Positions 1 through 13,180 of a DNA stretch of 64,000 nt are shown here, piece by piece; the stretch's first letter is position 1, and each line of letters starts with the position of its first letter. The notes beneath the pieces are model-generated. The model had not been told where the DNA came from and searched no databases. It was given only the letters and a program-made list of their open reading frames with translations. The position numbers and the translations under genes are program-made. The stretch spans positions 2,021,386 through 2,085,385 of the forward strand of contig JBNZDD010013625.1 of the NCBI GenBank assembly GCA_050575255.1, written 5' to 3'. The stretch is from Harriotta raleighana. Its lineage: Eukaryota.

Positions 1-654
1 AACTTTAATTAACGCAAGTCAAGTGGACGTCTAAAACCGTGGGATTTCACCAACTTGCACAGCCAAACTTGATGTTACGAGATGACAGATATAGTTACAA
101 ACAAGCTGGGAGACTCAGAGGTTAGGCAGCAAATAATTTATGATATTGAGCTCATAAACATCAGAATGGAAATGCCAAATTGGATAACGCATCAATGTTG
201 TGCGTGTAGAATCACACAAAGCCAAAGTAAAAATAAATTGTTTGCTATTCTGTACCTCCTCTTACTCGAACTGAATTCATTTCTTTATCAACTTTGCATG
301 CAATTCCTTTTTGATTTTGCTTTGTAACTCCATATAGATTTGTCCGCACTCTCCGCTTAGTGGGGTCCTATCTGCTTCAGGTTCCCTGCCTGGCCCTTCC
401 CACCATCGACGGTCAGGCCTTCAGTTTTTCTGTCCCCACCTTTGGAATTCCCTTCCACCACTATAATAACAATAATAATAATCCTTGCATCCGATACAGC
501 GCCTTATCACATCTTCGAGATGTCTGTCTCAAAGCCCTTCGCAGAATATAATGTGAAGTGAATTGACTGTATATTTTGTGTTAAAATGGCAATATAGAGT
601 GGATATGTAGGTAATGATTAACTAGCCTAACATGTCAAACTTCAGCACTTACAC

Positions 655-915
655 ACATTTTAAGGTCTTCTCATCTTTAAATCCCTTCACAGTCTCATCT
701 CATCCTACCCCTGCATCAAATAATTCTCCCTTTGCTCAGTGGGCACTGGCCTGCTTTACATCATCTTCTCAATCTGTACAAGGACTGTCTCAAGTCCTAC
801 CTCTTTAACCTCACTTTTGGTCACCTTTCCCCTCCCACCCCCCACAACATTTAAGCGCTCTGAGACGCCGCCCGGCGTGGAGGGCACTATATAAATCAAA
901 GTTGTTGTTGTTGTT
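655..915 (+). mobile_element. L2 LINE 3' end (degenerate)
   Basis: tttaaggtcttctcatctttaaatcccttcac...gcgctctgagacg...cactatataaatcaaa(gtt)n. Confidence 0.7.
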
Positions 916-1314
916 TATCCCTAGTTCCCTGTCAAGCCAGGATTGTTCAGCTCGTTGAGTTGTCTTCCTGACATGAAAGGAGCTATACATATTTATATTT
1001 TTAATGTCTGTGCAAGGAAGTATGTGTTTCACTTCTCTTAAGCAAATACTGCCTAGAAAATAAGTATTAAGCCAATGAAAACCCCATGCTTTTTAAAAAA
1101 AATGTAGTCGATACAAAAGATGAATGGTGGAACCAGTACTAGTAGGTGCTGCCACCCATTGTTCATGTAATACAATACAAAATTATATTTCTGTAGAGCT
1201 TTACATATTGGTAGGATGTCCTGAGGCAGGGATTTAGATAACTCCACCATACATAAAATTAAATTAATCCAATACTTTGCCACCCAGACACTCACCCGCA
1301 CAAAACTCTGTGGC

Positions 1315-1683
1315 CCCATTACTCAACTTCTTTCCAGGCTCCACTGACAGATCGATTTCAAGATCCTCGAACTCATGTTCACATCCCTACATGCCCTTAC
1401 ACCTCCCACCTGCCTGATCTGCTTAATCTCCACCACGTGCTGCCTCCACTTGGCTGACCTCCTATTCATCCCTCGTTCCATCAATGATAGTTGAACCTTC
1501 AACCACTTTGCCCCGAAACTCTGCAACTCTCTCCCTCGATCCATTCACCTTGCCCCCTCATTCAGATCTCACCTAAAGGTCACCTTTCTCCTTCTCCCCT
1601 GGCTCAGGATCAGCATCTGCCACAGTCAAATGCTCTGTGAAGCTACACAATCTAAAGAGCGCTATATAAATGCAAGTTGTTGT
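1315..1683 (+). mobile_element. L2 LINE 3' end
   Basis: gatcgatttcaagatcctc, gccccgaaactctgcaactctctccct and a gcgctatataaatgcaagttgttg tail. Confidence 0.8.
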
Positions 1684-2099
1684 AATAGAATATTAGCTAG
1701 TTTCACAAATGTAATTTTGTTGATGATTTTATCTAATAGTGTTTTCTCCACCACCTGTGTTCACCCTGTTACTAAAAATTCTCCTTTGTTATCATCAATC
1801 AATTCTAATGGCTGTTGAAACCATAAACATTTAAGGTATCGAAAAACTAGTCAGTAGATTGAATTAAGTTGTTTGGAGCTCAAAATCGTTTGTTTAAACT
1901 AACCATTCTTTGATGAATAATGTCAAAAGGTTTTTTTTTATGGAAAGACTTTGTTTTGATAATAATGAAGAAAAAATAATAATAACATTAATCCTTGCAT
2001 TTGATCAAATGCTTTATCCTGGTGTCAAAACATCACAAGGTACAGGATTTAGTATGAGGTATTTGTTGTATTTTGTATGTGAGCACAATTCACGCTCTG

Positions 2100-2505
2100 C
2101 AATGTCCCAACAATTTTATCTGAGGGAAACTCAGTGCTGTGGGATGTTTATTGTCTACTGAACAGCTAGATGGGACCTTGATTTAACATCTAATTTAAAG
2201 GTCATGGTCTCCAGCATTGCAGTTTTGTCTCAGTATTGTTTTCGCCCACAAATATACAATCAATTTTTCTTACTTTCCTTCCCCCAATCTCTCCCCTGCC
2301 CTGCTCTGATCCCTACTTGACTGTACAGTGCCTTGGAACGTCCTCCCAACGTGAAAGGCGCTATATAAATGTAATTTGGATTGATTGAGTATTACATTGC
2401 AGTGTCAAATTGGACAATAAGCCTCAATCTCCTAACGTGGGGCTTGAACCTACAATGTTCTGACTTAAAACCGAGCGGGCTAGCAATGGAGACAGACTGA
2501 CACCT
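2100..2505 (-). mobile_element. Deu-domain SINE split by SINE/L2 tail pieces
   Basis: tttaacatctaatttaaaggtcatggtctccagcattgcag, then gggcttgaacctacaatgttctgactt...gactgacac. Confidence 0.55.
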
Positions 2506-2544
2506 AACGTCCGCTTTATGTTTCTTTCAAACTTGTGTGCGGCC

Positions 2545-2975
2545 TGCAAACTGACCCGGACCAAACTCCGTACCAACATCTCACCAGTTCTGCCCTAGGC
2601 TCCACTGCCTGCCCATCACCAAAAGGATCTACTTCAGGATCCTCATACTCATGTTCAAATCCATTCACTCGCTAACATCTCTCTACCTTTCCGACCTTCT
2701 CACTCCCCCCGCACCCAAATCCAGCACCTGGTGCCTCTGCTCGTCTGGCACCAGCTTCCAGCTCGTCGCTCGTACTTTCTGGCCCAGCATCGGAGTTCCA
2801 GGTTTCAGCGACTGCACCCCAAAACTCTGGAACACTCAACCTCAATCCCAACCATGCTTACGTCCACCTCCCCCCAACCACCCACCCCCAGTTCAGAGTC
2901 ACTGTTAAGCACTCTGAGACGTTACCCAACGTAGAGGGTGCTATATTAAGTGCAAGTTGTTGTTGTTGTTGCTGC
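2545..2975 (+). mobile_element. L2 LINE 3' end
   Basis: FRILILMFKSIHSL..LYLSDLL...PKLWN. The (ttg)n tail ends about 40 bp before the exon acceptor. Confidence 0.85.
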
Positions 2976-3014
2976 TGCATTATTTATTCATTATGTCTCT
3001 CTTCTTGACCTCAG

Positions 3015-3210
3015 GTCCCTGCAGGATCTTTCCAAGCAAACGGATATACCCTACGGCACAGTGATGGAGTCGGCTGTTTACGAGCACATCCGAGTGAAAG
3101 GGATGAACCCCTTTGAAAGAGATAATATGTACTCCCAAATGTGGCGAATGATCAACCGAGGTAACGGGACAGAAAACTCTGTGAAGGATTCCCAGGAAGG
3201 CATTCGAAGG
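3015..3210 (+). CDS. GRID2: GluD2-like glutamate receptor internal exon (S2 lobe; equivalent to human GRID2 exon 13)
   Basis: Translates [65 protein letters not shown], closely matching GluD2 S2 as recalled. Acceptor cttcttgacctcag|G, donor AGG|gtacag. 196 bp, phase 2 to 0. Confidence 0.95.
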
Positions 3211-3736
3211 GTACAGTGTATTTCAATCAAATCTCATAACCTACTCGAAACCATTTCTTCACTGTTATTAGATTGACTCAGTTGCCGCTGAGGCATGTGT
3301 AACTTATCAAATTGCAAATACTGATCAGAAAAATTATTGCATTTGATGTAGCGCCTTTAAAGTATCACAAATCGCTTCACAAGGATTTACTGTCAGGCGC
3401 AGTGACTATGAAGTTTGAAGTTAAACACAGGAGGCAAATTCTACACAGTAATATTCCCCGAACAGTCGTAAAGTGAATGATCAATTTTATCTGGGGGATT
3501 GTTGGCCAAGTCATCTTCTTATTTGGAATAGTGCAACCTAAACTAGCAGGCGCAGCCCTCAGTTTAACATCTCAAACAATGCATAATTTGCATCGTTGTC
3601 AAAGCTACAGTCACCTTGTTTACGGAAACATTTAGGTGTATTTTTAAAAAAAATTATGCTATGATAACAGAATGTGTCTGATGAAATAATTAGTGTTATT
3701 ATCACATCGACCAAGATTGTCGTTGAAAAACCAGAT

Positions 3737-4072
3737 AATAATAATAATCCTTGCATTGATATAATGCTTTTCACATCTTACCGACGTTTCAAAGCGCTTC
3801 ACAGAATATACTGTAAAGTGAATTGACTGTACATTTGTGGGTAAAACGCAGCAGCAAATGGGCACAGCAGTGTCCCACAAATAGTCGTAGATTGAAATGA
3901 GCAATTTTATTATTTATCTTATTTTTATTATTCGATTATTTTGGGGGATGGATTATTATTAGGCGTGTGGAGTAAGGAAACTTGTCCAAGGTTTCGCCCT
4001 GATCTGCCTGGATTCGAATACAGGTGCCACGCTTGTAAGGCGAGTGCTCTAACCACTGAGCTATAGGAGCTC
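3737..4072 (-). mobile_element. tRNA-headed SINE, short (younger) subfamily
   Basis: Head gagctcctatagctcagtggttagagcactcgccttacaagcg...ttcgaatcc (A and B boxes), and tail aatgcaaggattattatt. Confidence 0.9.
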
Positions 4073-4139
4073 TTCATATTCAGCACTGGACAGTGTTCTT
4101 AAATACCTGCACTGATGGCAAGAATGGTTTAAAGCATTG

Positions 4140-4480
4140 CATGCGCTATGTTTCCCGTTTGCTTTCTGCACAGCATGCCTATCGAGGTTGAGGAGTCACC
4201 TAACTTGACACCAGTAGCCACAACACTTGTGGCACTGCATGCAATTTCCTGCTTCTTTCTTGGTTGGCATTCAGAAATGATTAGCTGACGGTGTCTCACT
4301 TGTCAATTATTCTGACACGGCTAATTCACCCTGCGTCAGATATGCTGTACTGCCACCTTCCTGAAAGATCGATCTATAGGCTCTGACAACTCGACGGCTG
4401 ATGTCAAGACAGAAGAACTCTTCAGCAACATACCTCCGTCACATTGTTAGAATCACTTGACAAGACGACAACAGTGTATT
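4140..4480. mobile_element. Possible degenerate RTE LINE fragments
   Basis: YLRHIVRIT*QD-like motif on + at about 4430-4466, and a CxxC-like terminal motif on - at about 4170-4240. Confidence 0.35.
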
Positions 4481-5149
4481 TTCATCCAAAAAATTTACTC
4501 GCCAACATTTTGCTCAATTAACTTGCCTTTGTTCTGCTGAGATTTATGGAGCTGGATGGATTGAGATGAGATCCAGGTTTTTTTTCCAAGGTTGAACCTG
4601 TGTTATTTGATTTTAATCAGGGCAGTAATGATGTGGTGGGCATGATGAAGGGAGTTCCTAGTTGCTTGAAGTCTTTGAGACTCATTGGAATATGTGTGTC
4701 AGCTGAGGGCAGGAGCAGGCTAAGCTCTGTGAATTGGTGCAAAACTAATGCATAGATACTTTGCTTGAGCTCATTGTTCACTCCGATACTCTTCGGGTGA
4801 GATGTTTAAACAAAGTGTCATCAACACATTCTTCAGATGGACAATAAACATTTCCAGACTTTTCAAAAACTGAAGGAGTTTCTTCCAGTGTCCTGGCCAA
4901 CAGACTTGGTGTATATTGGTCAAATGTCCTGGCCAACAATACCCTAAATGAAATGAGTCGCTCAATCCACAGCTGTTTGTGAGACATTGCTGTGCTCATT
5001 TGACTCTACCACAAAATACATAGTCAATTCACTATCAGCTGTACAATGGTGACTGAACTGGGATTCAATGTTCCCTGTGACTTCTCCGTCCCCCTAGCTC
5101 CAACAAACAGAGGCATGACATACTATCAAAAAGCCATTCCGAGCTGCCT

Positions 5150-7055
5150 GNTAGGCTTTCCCCATAACTGAAGTCCCTCATTCCTGGTACCATTATAGTA
5201 AACCTTCTTTGCATCCTTTCCAATGCCTTAACATCCTTTCTCTAGTGTGGTGACCAAAATTGAACACANNNNNNTATGTGGGAGGGGTGGGGGATGGAGG
5301 GAATGAGTTCACAGGCACTGACCTATGTCATATTCATGACTTAAATTTACACATAAGCAACAGCACTTTAAATACGATGTTAAAATATATGCCCTGGGGC
5401 AACAGCCTCCTGACTTGGCATTCAGCCACCAAACATAGACTGAAGGATAACTCATCCAGGATAAGAGCAATATCAAGAAAACCACAGAAGGTCGGACGCT
5501 CAGTTGAAGTGATATTCATAGAATCATAGAATTTTACGGCACAAAAGGAGNCTAGTGTGGTGACCAAAATTGAACACAATACTCCAGCTGAGGTCTAACC
5601 AAAGTTTTATAGAGGTTAGTCAGCACTTCCTGACTTTTGTACTCTATATCCCTATTTATAAAGCCTAGTATCCCATATGCCTTCTTAACGGCTTTGTCTA
5701 CCTGTCCTGCCACCTTCAAAGATAAGGAGCTTCAAAGACTAACACAAATCCTCAGGTCTCTCTGTTCCCTCACACCCCTTAAAATTGTACTATGTAGCCT
5801 ATAATGCCTCCCCTAATTGCTTCTCCCCAAATGAATCACCTCACACTTCTCTGCATTAAACTTCATCTGCCATGTGTCTGCCCACTTTACCATTTTGTCC
5901 ATATCTTCTTGCAGATGGTTACTATCCTCCTCACTATTTACTATTCTCCCTAACTTAGTATCATCTGCAAACTTGGAAACGGTGCTCCCTACACCCAAGT
6001 CCAGATCATTAATATATATTAAAAAGAGCAGTGGTCCCAAAACCGATCCCTGGGGGATGCTACTGCACACTTCCCACCAGTCTGAAAAATCAGCCNNNNN
6101 NNNNNGGCACAAAAGGAGGCCATTCGGCCCATCTAGTCTGTACCGGTTTTTTGAAAAGAGCAACTCAATCCCACTGCCCAGCTCTCTCCCCATAACCTAA
6201 CAGACCTATTCTGCCTAAATAAAGATCTAATTCTCTTTTAAAAGCTGTTATCGAATTGGCCTCCACCACCTTTTCAGGCAATGCATTCCAGATTCGAACA
6301 ATCTGTTGAGTGAAAAAATTTCTCCTCAGCTCCCCTCTGCTTCATTTTGAAACTATTTAAAATCTGAGACCACAAGTCACAGATTCGCCCTCCAGTGGAA
6401 ACAGTTTTTCCTTATTCACCCTGGAATCCCCTCATGATTTTATGAACCTCTATTAGGTCTCCTCTCAACCTTCTCTTTCCAAAGAGAATAAACCTAACCT
6501 ATCTAGCCTTTCCCCATAACTGAAGTCCCTCAATCCTGGTACCATTATAGTAAATCTTCTTTGCACCCTTTCCAATGCCTTAACATCCTTTCTATAGTGC
6601 GGTGACCAAAATTAAACACAATACTCCAGCTGAGGTCTAACCAAAGTTTTATAGAGGTTAATCAGCACTTCCTGACTTTTGTACTCTATACCCCTATTTA
6701 TAAAGCCTAGTATCCCATATGCCTTCTTAATGGCTTTGTCTACTTGTCCTGCCATCTTCAAAGATAAGGAGCTTCAAAGACTAACACAAATCCCCAGGTC
6801 TCTCTGTTCCCTCATACCCCTTAAAATTGTACTATCTCGCCTATAATGCCTCCCCTAATTGATTCTCCCAAAATGTATCATCTCACACTTCTCTGCATTA
6901 AACTTCATCTGCCATGTGTCTGCCCACTTTACCATTTTGTCTATATCTTCTTGCAGATGTTTACTATCCTCCTCACTATTTACTATTCTCCCTAACTTAG
7001 TATCATCTGCAAACTTGGAAACGGTGCTCCCTACACCCAAGTCCAGATCATTAAT
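5150..7055 (-). mobile_element. CR1 LINE 3' part (RT C-terminus and tail), fragmented and duplicated across contig joins
   Basis: ORF 5813-6193 reads PQGSVLGPLLFLIYINDLD...KFADDTKLG...WQMKFNAEKCEVIH. A (catagaat)n tail lies at about 5518-5532. 5552-6013 and 6592-7055 are near-identical. Confidence 0.92.
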
Positions 7056-7767
7056 NNNNNNNNNNNNNNNNNNNNNNNNNNNNNNNNNNNNNNNNNNNNN
7101 NNNNNNNNNNNNNNNNNNNNNNNNNNNNNNNNNNNNNNNNNNNNNNNNNNNNNNNNNNNNNNNNNNNNNNNNNNNNNNNNNNNNNNNNNNNNNNNNNNNN
7201 NNNNNNNNNNNNNNNNNNNNNNNNNNNNNNNNNNNNNNNNNNNNNNNNNNNNNNNNNNNNNNNNNNNNNNNNNNNNNNNNNNNNNNNNNNNNNNNNNNNN
7301 NNNNNNNNNNNNNNNNNNNNNNNNNNNNNNNNNNNNNNNNNNNNNNNNNNNNNNNNNNNNNNNNNNNNNNNNNNNNNNNNNNNNNNNNNNNNNNNNNNNN
7401 NNNNNNNNNNNNNNNNNNNNNNNNNNNNNNNNNNNNNNNNNNNNNNNNNNNNNNNNNNNNNNNNNNNNNNNNNNNNNNNNNNNNNNNNNNNNNNNNNNNN
7501 NNNNNNNNNNNNNNNNNNNNNNNNNNNNNNNNNNNNNNNNNNNNNNNNNNNNNNNNNNNNNNNNNNNNNNNNNNNNNNNNNNNNNNNNNNNNNNNNNNNN
7601 NNNNNNNNNNNNNNNNNNNNNNNNNNNNNNNNNNNNNNNNNNNNNNNNNNNNNNNNNNNNNNNNNNNNNNNNNNNNNNNNNNNNNNNNNNNNNNNNNNNN
7701 NNNNNNNNNNNNNNNNNNNNNNNNNNNNNNNNNNNNNNNNNNNNNNNNNNNNNNNNNNNNNNNNNNN
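7056..7767. other. Assembly gap
   Basis: Run of N. Confidence 1.
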
Positions 7768-7859
7768 TCCCACTGACCACATCAACCATTTCCAGCAAGG
7801 GTTCTCTTAATTGTATTTATTATCTTATTTATATTTACTAAACAACTAATAGAAAATGT

Positions 7860-7966
7860 AAAACAAAAACAGAAGTTGCTGAGAAAACTCAGCAGGGTCA
7901 GGCAGCATTCATGGAGAAAGGAAAGTGAGTCAACGTTTCGGGTCCACGACCCTTCGTCAGAACTGA
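7860..7966 (-). mobile_element. Penelope-like element terminal repeat fragment (single arm)
   Basis: Same sequence as the arms at 38824, 46103 and 62150 (gatgctgcctgacctgctgag motif), and it contains the hammerhead motif. Confidence 0.7.
7928..7964 (-). ncRNA. Minimal type I hammerhead ribozyme motif (Penelope-like element type)
   Basis: Minus strand reads AGUU-CUGACGA-A-GGGUC-GUG-GACCC-GAAACGUU-GACU. It has the CUGANGA and GAAA core boxes, a 5-bp stem II, stem I AGUU/GACU, a self-complementary ACGU helix III, and a GUU cleavage triplet. Confidence 0.75.
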
Positions 7967-8694
7967 AAATAATTCATCTAAAATGTAATCAGCTAATATA
8001 CCTTCAATTAATCCAATTTTCTAAGTTTTTTTCTAACTATGTATTTATTAATTCATCAACAACGTATAATCGAAACAATGTATATTGGGACGGCATATAG
8101 AGAGGAGTTCCAGTATAACCCAATTATTTATATTGAAACTGTTCTAGCACTCTTAAGCCTGTATGGTATATTGGTGGCTTAATAGCTCAAGCAGCTTTGA
8201 AGCAGGACGATAACCAGGAATAAAATGATGACCACTTCTCAAGTGCGGTGCACTGTTTGGGTTAGTTAGAATATTTTTTGCACTGTGACTTTTCATTTAG
8301 AGATTTCTTTCTCTTGATTGACAGTGTGGACCAAAGACTTTCTCTTTTCCTTGGTATTGTGCAGTGTTCAGCCTTCAGTTGCTACTTGTTTTTTGACACA
8401 AAGCTCAAAGGATATGGGTTTTCAATCCAACACAATGGTGACACCGCAGAGTTTGTCCAATGACATTATGTACGTTGTACGACTGCCTTTTAGTACATCA
8501 TTGCATAACAGGTCAGACTGACAATATGTTATTCACAGAACAGTTGACTCAGTTGAGTCCTGTAGTTCTATTAGCTTTGTGTGCATATTTTATATATTTG
8601 TTTTTGACACATGTTTCAAGCAGGTAAGTGAAGGTTGCTATCTTTGTAAATACCAGTGCTCATAAGTTTTAGTAAAGTACGTTCCTATTTTAAG

Positions 8695-9468
8695 NNNNNN
8701 NNNNNNNNNNNNNNNNNNNNNNNNNNNNNNNNNNNNNNNNNNNNNNNNNNNNNNNNNNNNNNNNNNNNNNNNNNNNNNNNNNNNNNNNNNNNNNNNNNNN
8801 NNNNNNNNNNNNNNNNNNNNNNNNNNNNNNNNNNNNNNNNNNNNNNNNNNNNNNNNNNNNNNNNNNNNNNNNNNNNNNNNNNNNNNNNNNNNNNNNNNNN
8901 NNNNNNNNNNNNNNNNNNNNNNNNNNNNNNNNNNNNNNNNNNNNNNNNNNNNNNNNNNNNNNNNNNNNNNNNNNNNNNNNNNNNNNNNNNNNNNNNNNNN
9001 NNNNNNNNNNNNNNNNNNNNNNNNNNNNNNNNNNNNNNNNNNNNNNNNNNNNNNNNNNNNNNNNNNNNNNNNNNNNNNNNNNNNNNNNNNNNNNNNNNNN
9101 NNNNNNNNNNNNNNNNNNNNNNNNNNNNNNNNNNNNNNNNNNNNNNNNNNNNNNNNNNNNNNNNNNNNNNNNNNNNNNNNNNNNNNNNNNNNNNNNNNNN
9201 NNNNNNNNNNNNNNNNNNNNNNNNNNNNNNNNNNNNNNNNNNNNNNNNNNNNNNNNNNNNNNNNNNNNNNNNNNNNNNNNNNNNNNNNNNNNNNNNNNNN
9301 NNNNNNNNNNNNNNNNNNNNNNNNNNNNNNNNNNNNNNNNNNNNNNNNNNNNNNNNNNNNNNNNNNNNNNNNNNNNNNNNNNNNNNNNNNNNNNNNNNNN
9401 NNNNNNNNNNNNNNNNNNNNNNNNNNNNNNNNNNNNNNNNNNNNNNNNNNNNNNNNNNNNNNNNNNNN
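8695..9468. other. Assembly gap
   Basis: Run of N. Confidence 1.
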
Positions 9469-9544
9469 TTACCTGTGTAAAATATAAGATTTTCCCAAAT
9501 AACAATATTCGCTTCATTTCTGATCAGTTATGTAGTGATTATGA

Positions 9545-9885
9545 TAATAATCCTTGCATTTGATATAGCCCATTGTTAATGCATCTCAAAGTGCTTCACA
9601 GAGTATGCTATGAAGTGGTCTGGCTGTATATTTTGTGGGCTAAACATGGCAGCCAATTGCACACTGAAGTCTCCCACAAATTGAGTAGTTGAGTGATCAA
9701 ATATCCTTTTAAGGAATTATTACCTGCAAAATATGATCCACCAACCGACTAACAACCACAATACTACTTATTGCTAGGTAAACAAAGGTGTGTGGTGTAC
9801 AGAAACTTTCCTAAGGTTTTGCCCTGACTGGGATCAAACCTGGCTCCTCTTGCTTTGCTAACCAATACACTGTAAGACTCCTATA
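9545..9885 (-). mobile_element. tRNA-headed SINE, long (older) subfamily
   Basis: Same tail, with the extra central segment ccaccaaccgactaacaac...tacttattgctaggtaaaca. Confidence 0.75.
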
Positions 9886-10293
9886 GACATCTACTTTTAT
9901 ACAGAAGGAATCAATAAAGCCCTTTGGCCCACTTGATATTATCCATGCTGAGCGTTCGCTCCCTATTGTCATAACATCAAACTGTTCTCTTTTTATATAT
10001 AAGCCCAGTGTCCTGACCTCAACTATCCTTCCTGGTAACTTAAAGCACCTTATGAAGCATAATTCTGGAAAAAAATTAATTCCATCTGAATTTCTTTTGT
10101 ACACAGAAACTGGCTTCCAAGCTCAGTTTGAATTCAAGCATTTTCTAAAATTCCACACTGCTGTATTTCAAATAGTAAAGATCCAATGGATTGTATTGAA
10201 CCAATGTAAAGAATGTTTTGCCCACAAAATATACAGTTAATTCACTTTACGATAGATTCTGTGCTGAGGCTTGAGACGTCTTGAAGACATGAT

Positions 10294-10480
10294 AACAACA
10301 ACAACAAAATTACATTTATAGAGCGCGTTTCACGTCAGGAGGACGTCCCAAGGCGCTGGACAGATGATTTAAGACCCGAGCAGGGGGAAATGTTCGGGGC
10401 GAGGGGGGAGGGGGAGGGTGGGAGCAAGGAGGAGGTAGAGAGTCGAGAGGGGAGCTGAAGGCACGGTCGAAGAGAAGGCG
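10294..10480 (-). mobile_element. L2 3' end inserted into a SINE tail
   Basis: The L2 tail splits ...gacgtcttgaagacatgata / aggcgcgatgtcaaatgcaagtact... of a + strand SINE tail at 10210-10512. Confidence 0.7.
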
Positions 10481-11494
10481 CGATGTCAAATGCAAGTACT
10501 TTTATTATTAATGAGACAGGTCAGGCCTCGGATCTGAGGGTAGAGTTTGAGGAAGCAACTTTCCTATTTCCTTAAACCTCTTGTTCTTATTCAAATTTGT
10601 GAAGTCTAGCCAGATTCACAAGTCTCATTCATGGGTGACCAAATGTGAACTCTTTGAGCATGCTTCGGCCCTCAACAGCAAAGGAAAGTGTTGCTCTATT
10701 GCATAAATTCAGGCAATGTTTTTTGACAGCTCCAAAAACAAAGTTAATGCCGGAAGCAAATACTGTAACTTGTTTTTTTTTACAGCCTTCTACATCAAAC
10801 AGCAAGCTGTTTCAAAAATAATAATTAAAATATTTCTTGCATTTGATATAATGCCTTGTCTCAGGGCTCCCACAGAGAGGGAGCTTTANACAGCCTTCTA
10901 CATCAAACAGCAAGCTGTTTTAAAAATAATAATTAAAATATTTCTGGCATTTGATATAATGCCTTGTCTCAGGGCTCCCACAGAGAGGGAGCTTTATAAA
11001 TGAGAGTTGTTGTTGTCATATCGTCGAGCCACATCAAAGTGATTCACCGGGTGATTTACTGTAAAGTAGAGACTGTGCATTGTTATGGCTGAACGTAGAA
11101 ACCAATTTGCACGAAACTATCTCCCACAAACAGCGGTAAAGTGAATGACTTTTTTTTTCTCTGGGGGATTATCGGTCAGGACACAGGGAGAGACTCCTTT
11201 CTCTTTCTGACTCAGGCCATTGTCAATGAACAGGGAGACAGGACCTCAGGAAGTGCTTCTGGAAATGCAGTCAAAGCGACAAGCCTGAAGGTGGTTTTTG
11301 AAGTTAGGGAAGGGGTAGGTGGTAAAGTGGAGGAAATTGGTGCTAGAGTTCTGGAGAGTAGAGTCAGAATGGTTCAAGTTTGCCCACAGATAGTGAGGCA
11401 TAGAAGGTGGGGATGTAACGTTTGCTGAGCGGAATGACTAGCTGGGACAGTAAGATACCAGGTTTGCAGAGGAAATCCGGAAATAATAATCATA

Positions 11495-11822
11495 ATAAGA
11501 ATCCATGCATTTAATTTATGGTATAACACATTATCACGTCTTCGAGATGTCTCAAAGCGCTTCATAGAATGTACTATAAACTGAATTGTCTGTATATTTG
11601 TGGGCAAAACTTGGCCAGTTGCGCACAGCCGTGTCCCACAAACAGTCATGGATTGAAGTGACCGATTTATAATTATTATTGAAGGAAAAGCGATCCATCA
11701 ATCGACTAACAACTACTTACTGCTAGGTAAACAGAGGAGTGTGGAGTCAGGAAACTTGCCCAACATTTAGCCCTGGTCTCTCACTTGCGAGTCAAGTGCT
11801 CTCACCACTGAGCTACAGGACT
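11495..11822 (-). mobile_element. tRNA-headed SINE, long subfamily
   Basis: cgatccatcaatcgactaacaactacttactgctaggtaaacagagg central segment. Ends ccactgagctacaggact. Confidence 0.85.
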
Positions 11823-12199
11823 GATGATGGATGGAAGATGGGAACAAAGGTCATTTTATGCTGAGACAACTCTTATACAAGTACAACCAGTATAAATAGA
11901 ATTGATGGATTAAACTTTTAACTTATTCCTCATGTCATCTTGATTAGATCCTGCAGTTCTCTGCTGTTTAATTTTTCCAGCTATGTTCCAGAAACATCAA
12001 TGTTACCTTCAACAGTGGGTTGATGGCAGATCTGCTGAATGGTCCTGGCATTGACTGTTCCATTTTCGCCCGGTATTAGTGAGGGCTTAAGAGAGGCAAT
12101 TGCAGATCGGATTTGTGGAGATCACTGGGCTTTCCAGTTCTACAAATATCCGGTTGCAAATTTGCGACTTAACAAATCCCAAAGACCAAGTTGGGAATA

Positions 12200-12380
12200 T
12201 GTTTGGGATCAGCAAGTTGTCTGATACACTTGGACACCCATCACCATAGAGAACAATATCCAAACCATAGAAACTCGCATGGAAATTTCCCAATGCCTGG
12301 AATGGAATATGTACGATCTCCCAGGAGATGAAATGTTGAGCAAGTTTCCTGAGAATACAATACAACCTACTCAGCGAATA
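12200..12380 (-). mobile_element. Possible degenerate RTE LINE fragment
   Basis: Frameshifted CILRK-LLNIS-W-DR and VLYG motifs resemble the RTE CLRRIL.ISW.D and LYGEL motifs. Confidence 0.35.
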
Positions 12381-13180
12381 CCAATTCAATACAAATTTAT
12401 ATGTATTTACAGAATCAATCAAATCAAGGGGTTTAAATCCTAGAAAATATTAGACACAGGTTTGCAAAGTCTTGAGGTCAAACACTGAAGGGAACAGCCC
12501 ATTTTAACACATTCGCAATGCACCATATTAACAAAACGCAAACCAGAGATCACAATTATTGCATTGAATCCAGTGGGTGAATATTCAATTTTCATATAAA
12601 AAATATAATAACAATCCCTTTCACATCAGGAAGACTCAAAAGCATTTCACACAATACCCCGTAAACTATAGTAAAGACTGTATAGTTGCAGCCTTACTTG
12701 TTTCTTTCAATCAACAACGCCCTTCACCAACTCTGCTTAAAACGTTTGTGAGAAAAATATCAAGCAATGAGTGCCAGCAACCAAGTCACTCTGCAGGCAA
12801 GTTTTATTCAAATTTAGACGACAGTTTAGGTTTTGAATATGAATCAAGAGCAATAATTACAGCACTTGCTGATTGTTTATATTCTCTTTATCCAACGAGT
12901 TGGATTCCCACGTAACACTTCTCTTGGTATAGATGTTATTTTTAGCAATAACACTTTAGCCATTTAGCTAAATGGCAGAGTTTTCTCTAATTTGTTGGTG
13001 ATAACTACCCTCTAGAAAGTAGCTGGGGGTGGGATGCGGGAATTGAACATAATTTGGAGCTGAGCTGATGCTACTTGGCAATGGAGTGTGACAATCAAGT
13101 AAATCCATTGTGTGTTACGCTTGACTTAATCAGCAATACTCTCACCTCTGTGTCAGAACGTTGTGAATTTCAGGCCCAAG

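Noticed and set aside
6859-9517. Long ORFs of 244-305 aa
   Set aside because: They consist almost entirely of N gap.
10782-10997. Apparent ~107-bp tandem duplication
   Set aside because: Near-identical copies are joined by a single N (10889), typical of overlapping contig ends or haplotypes.
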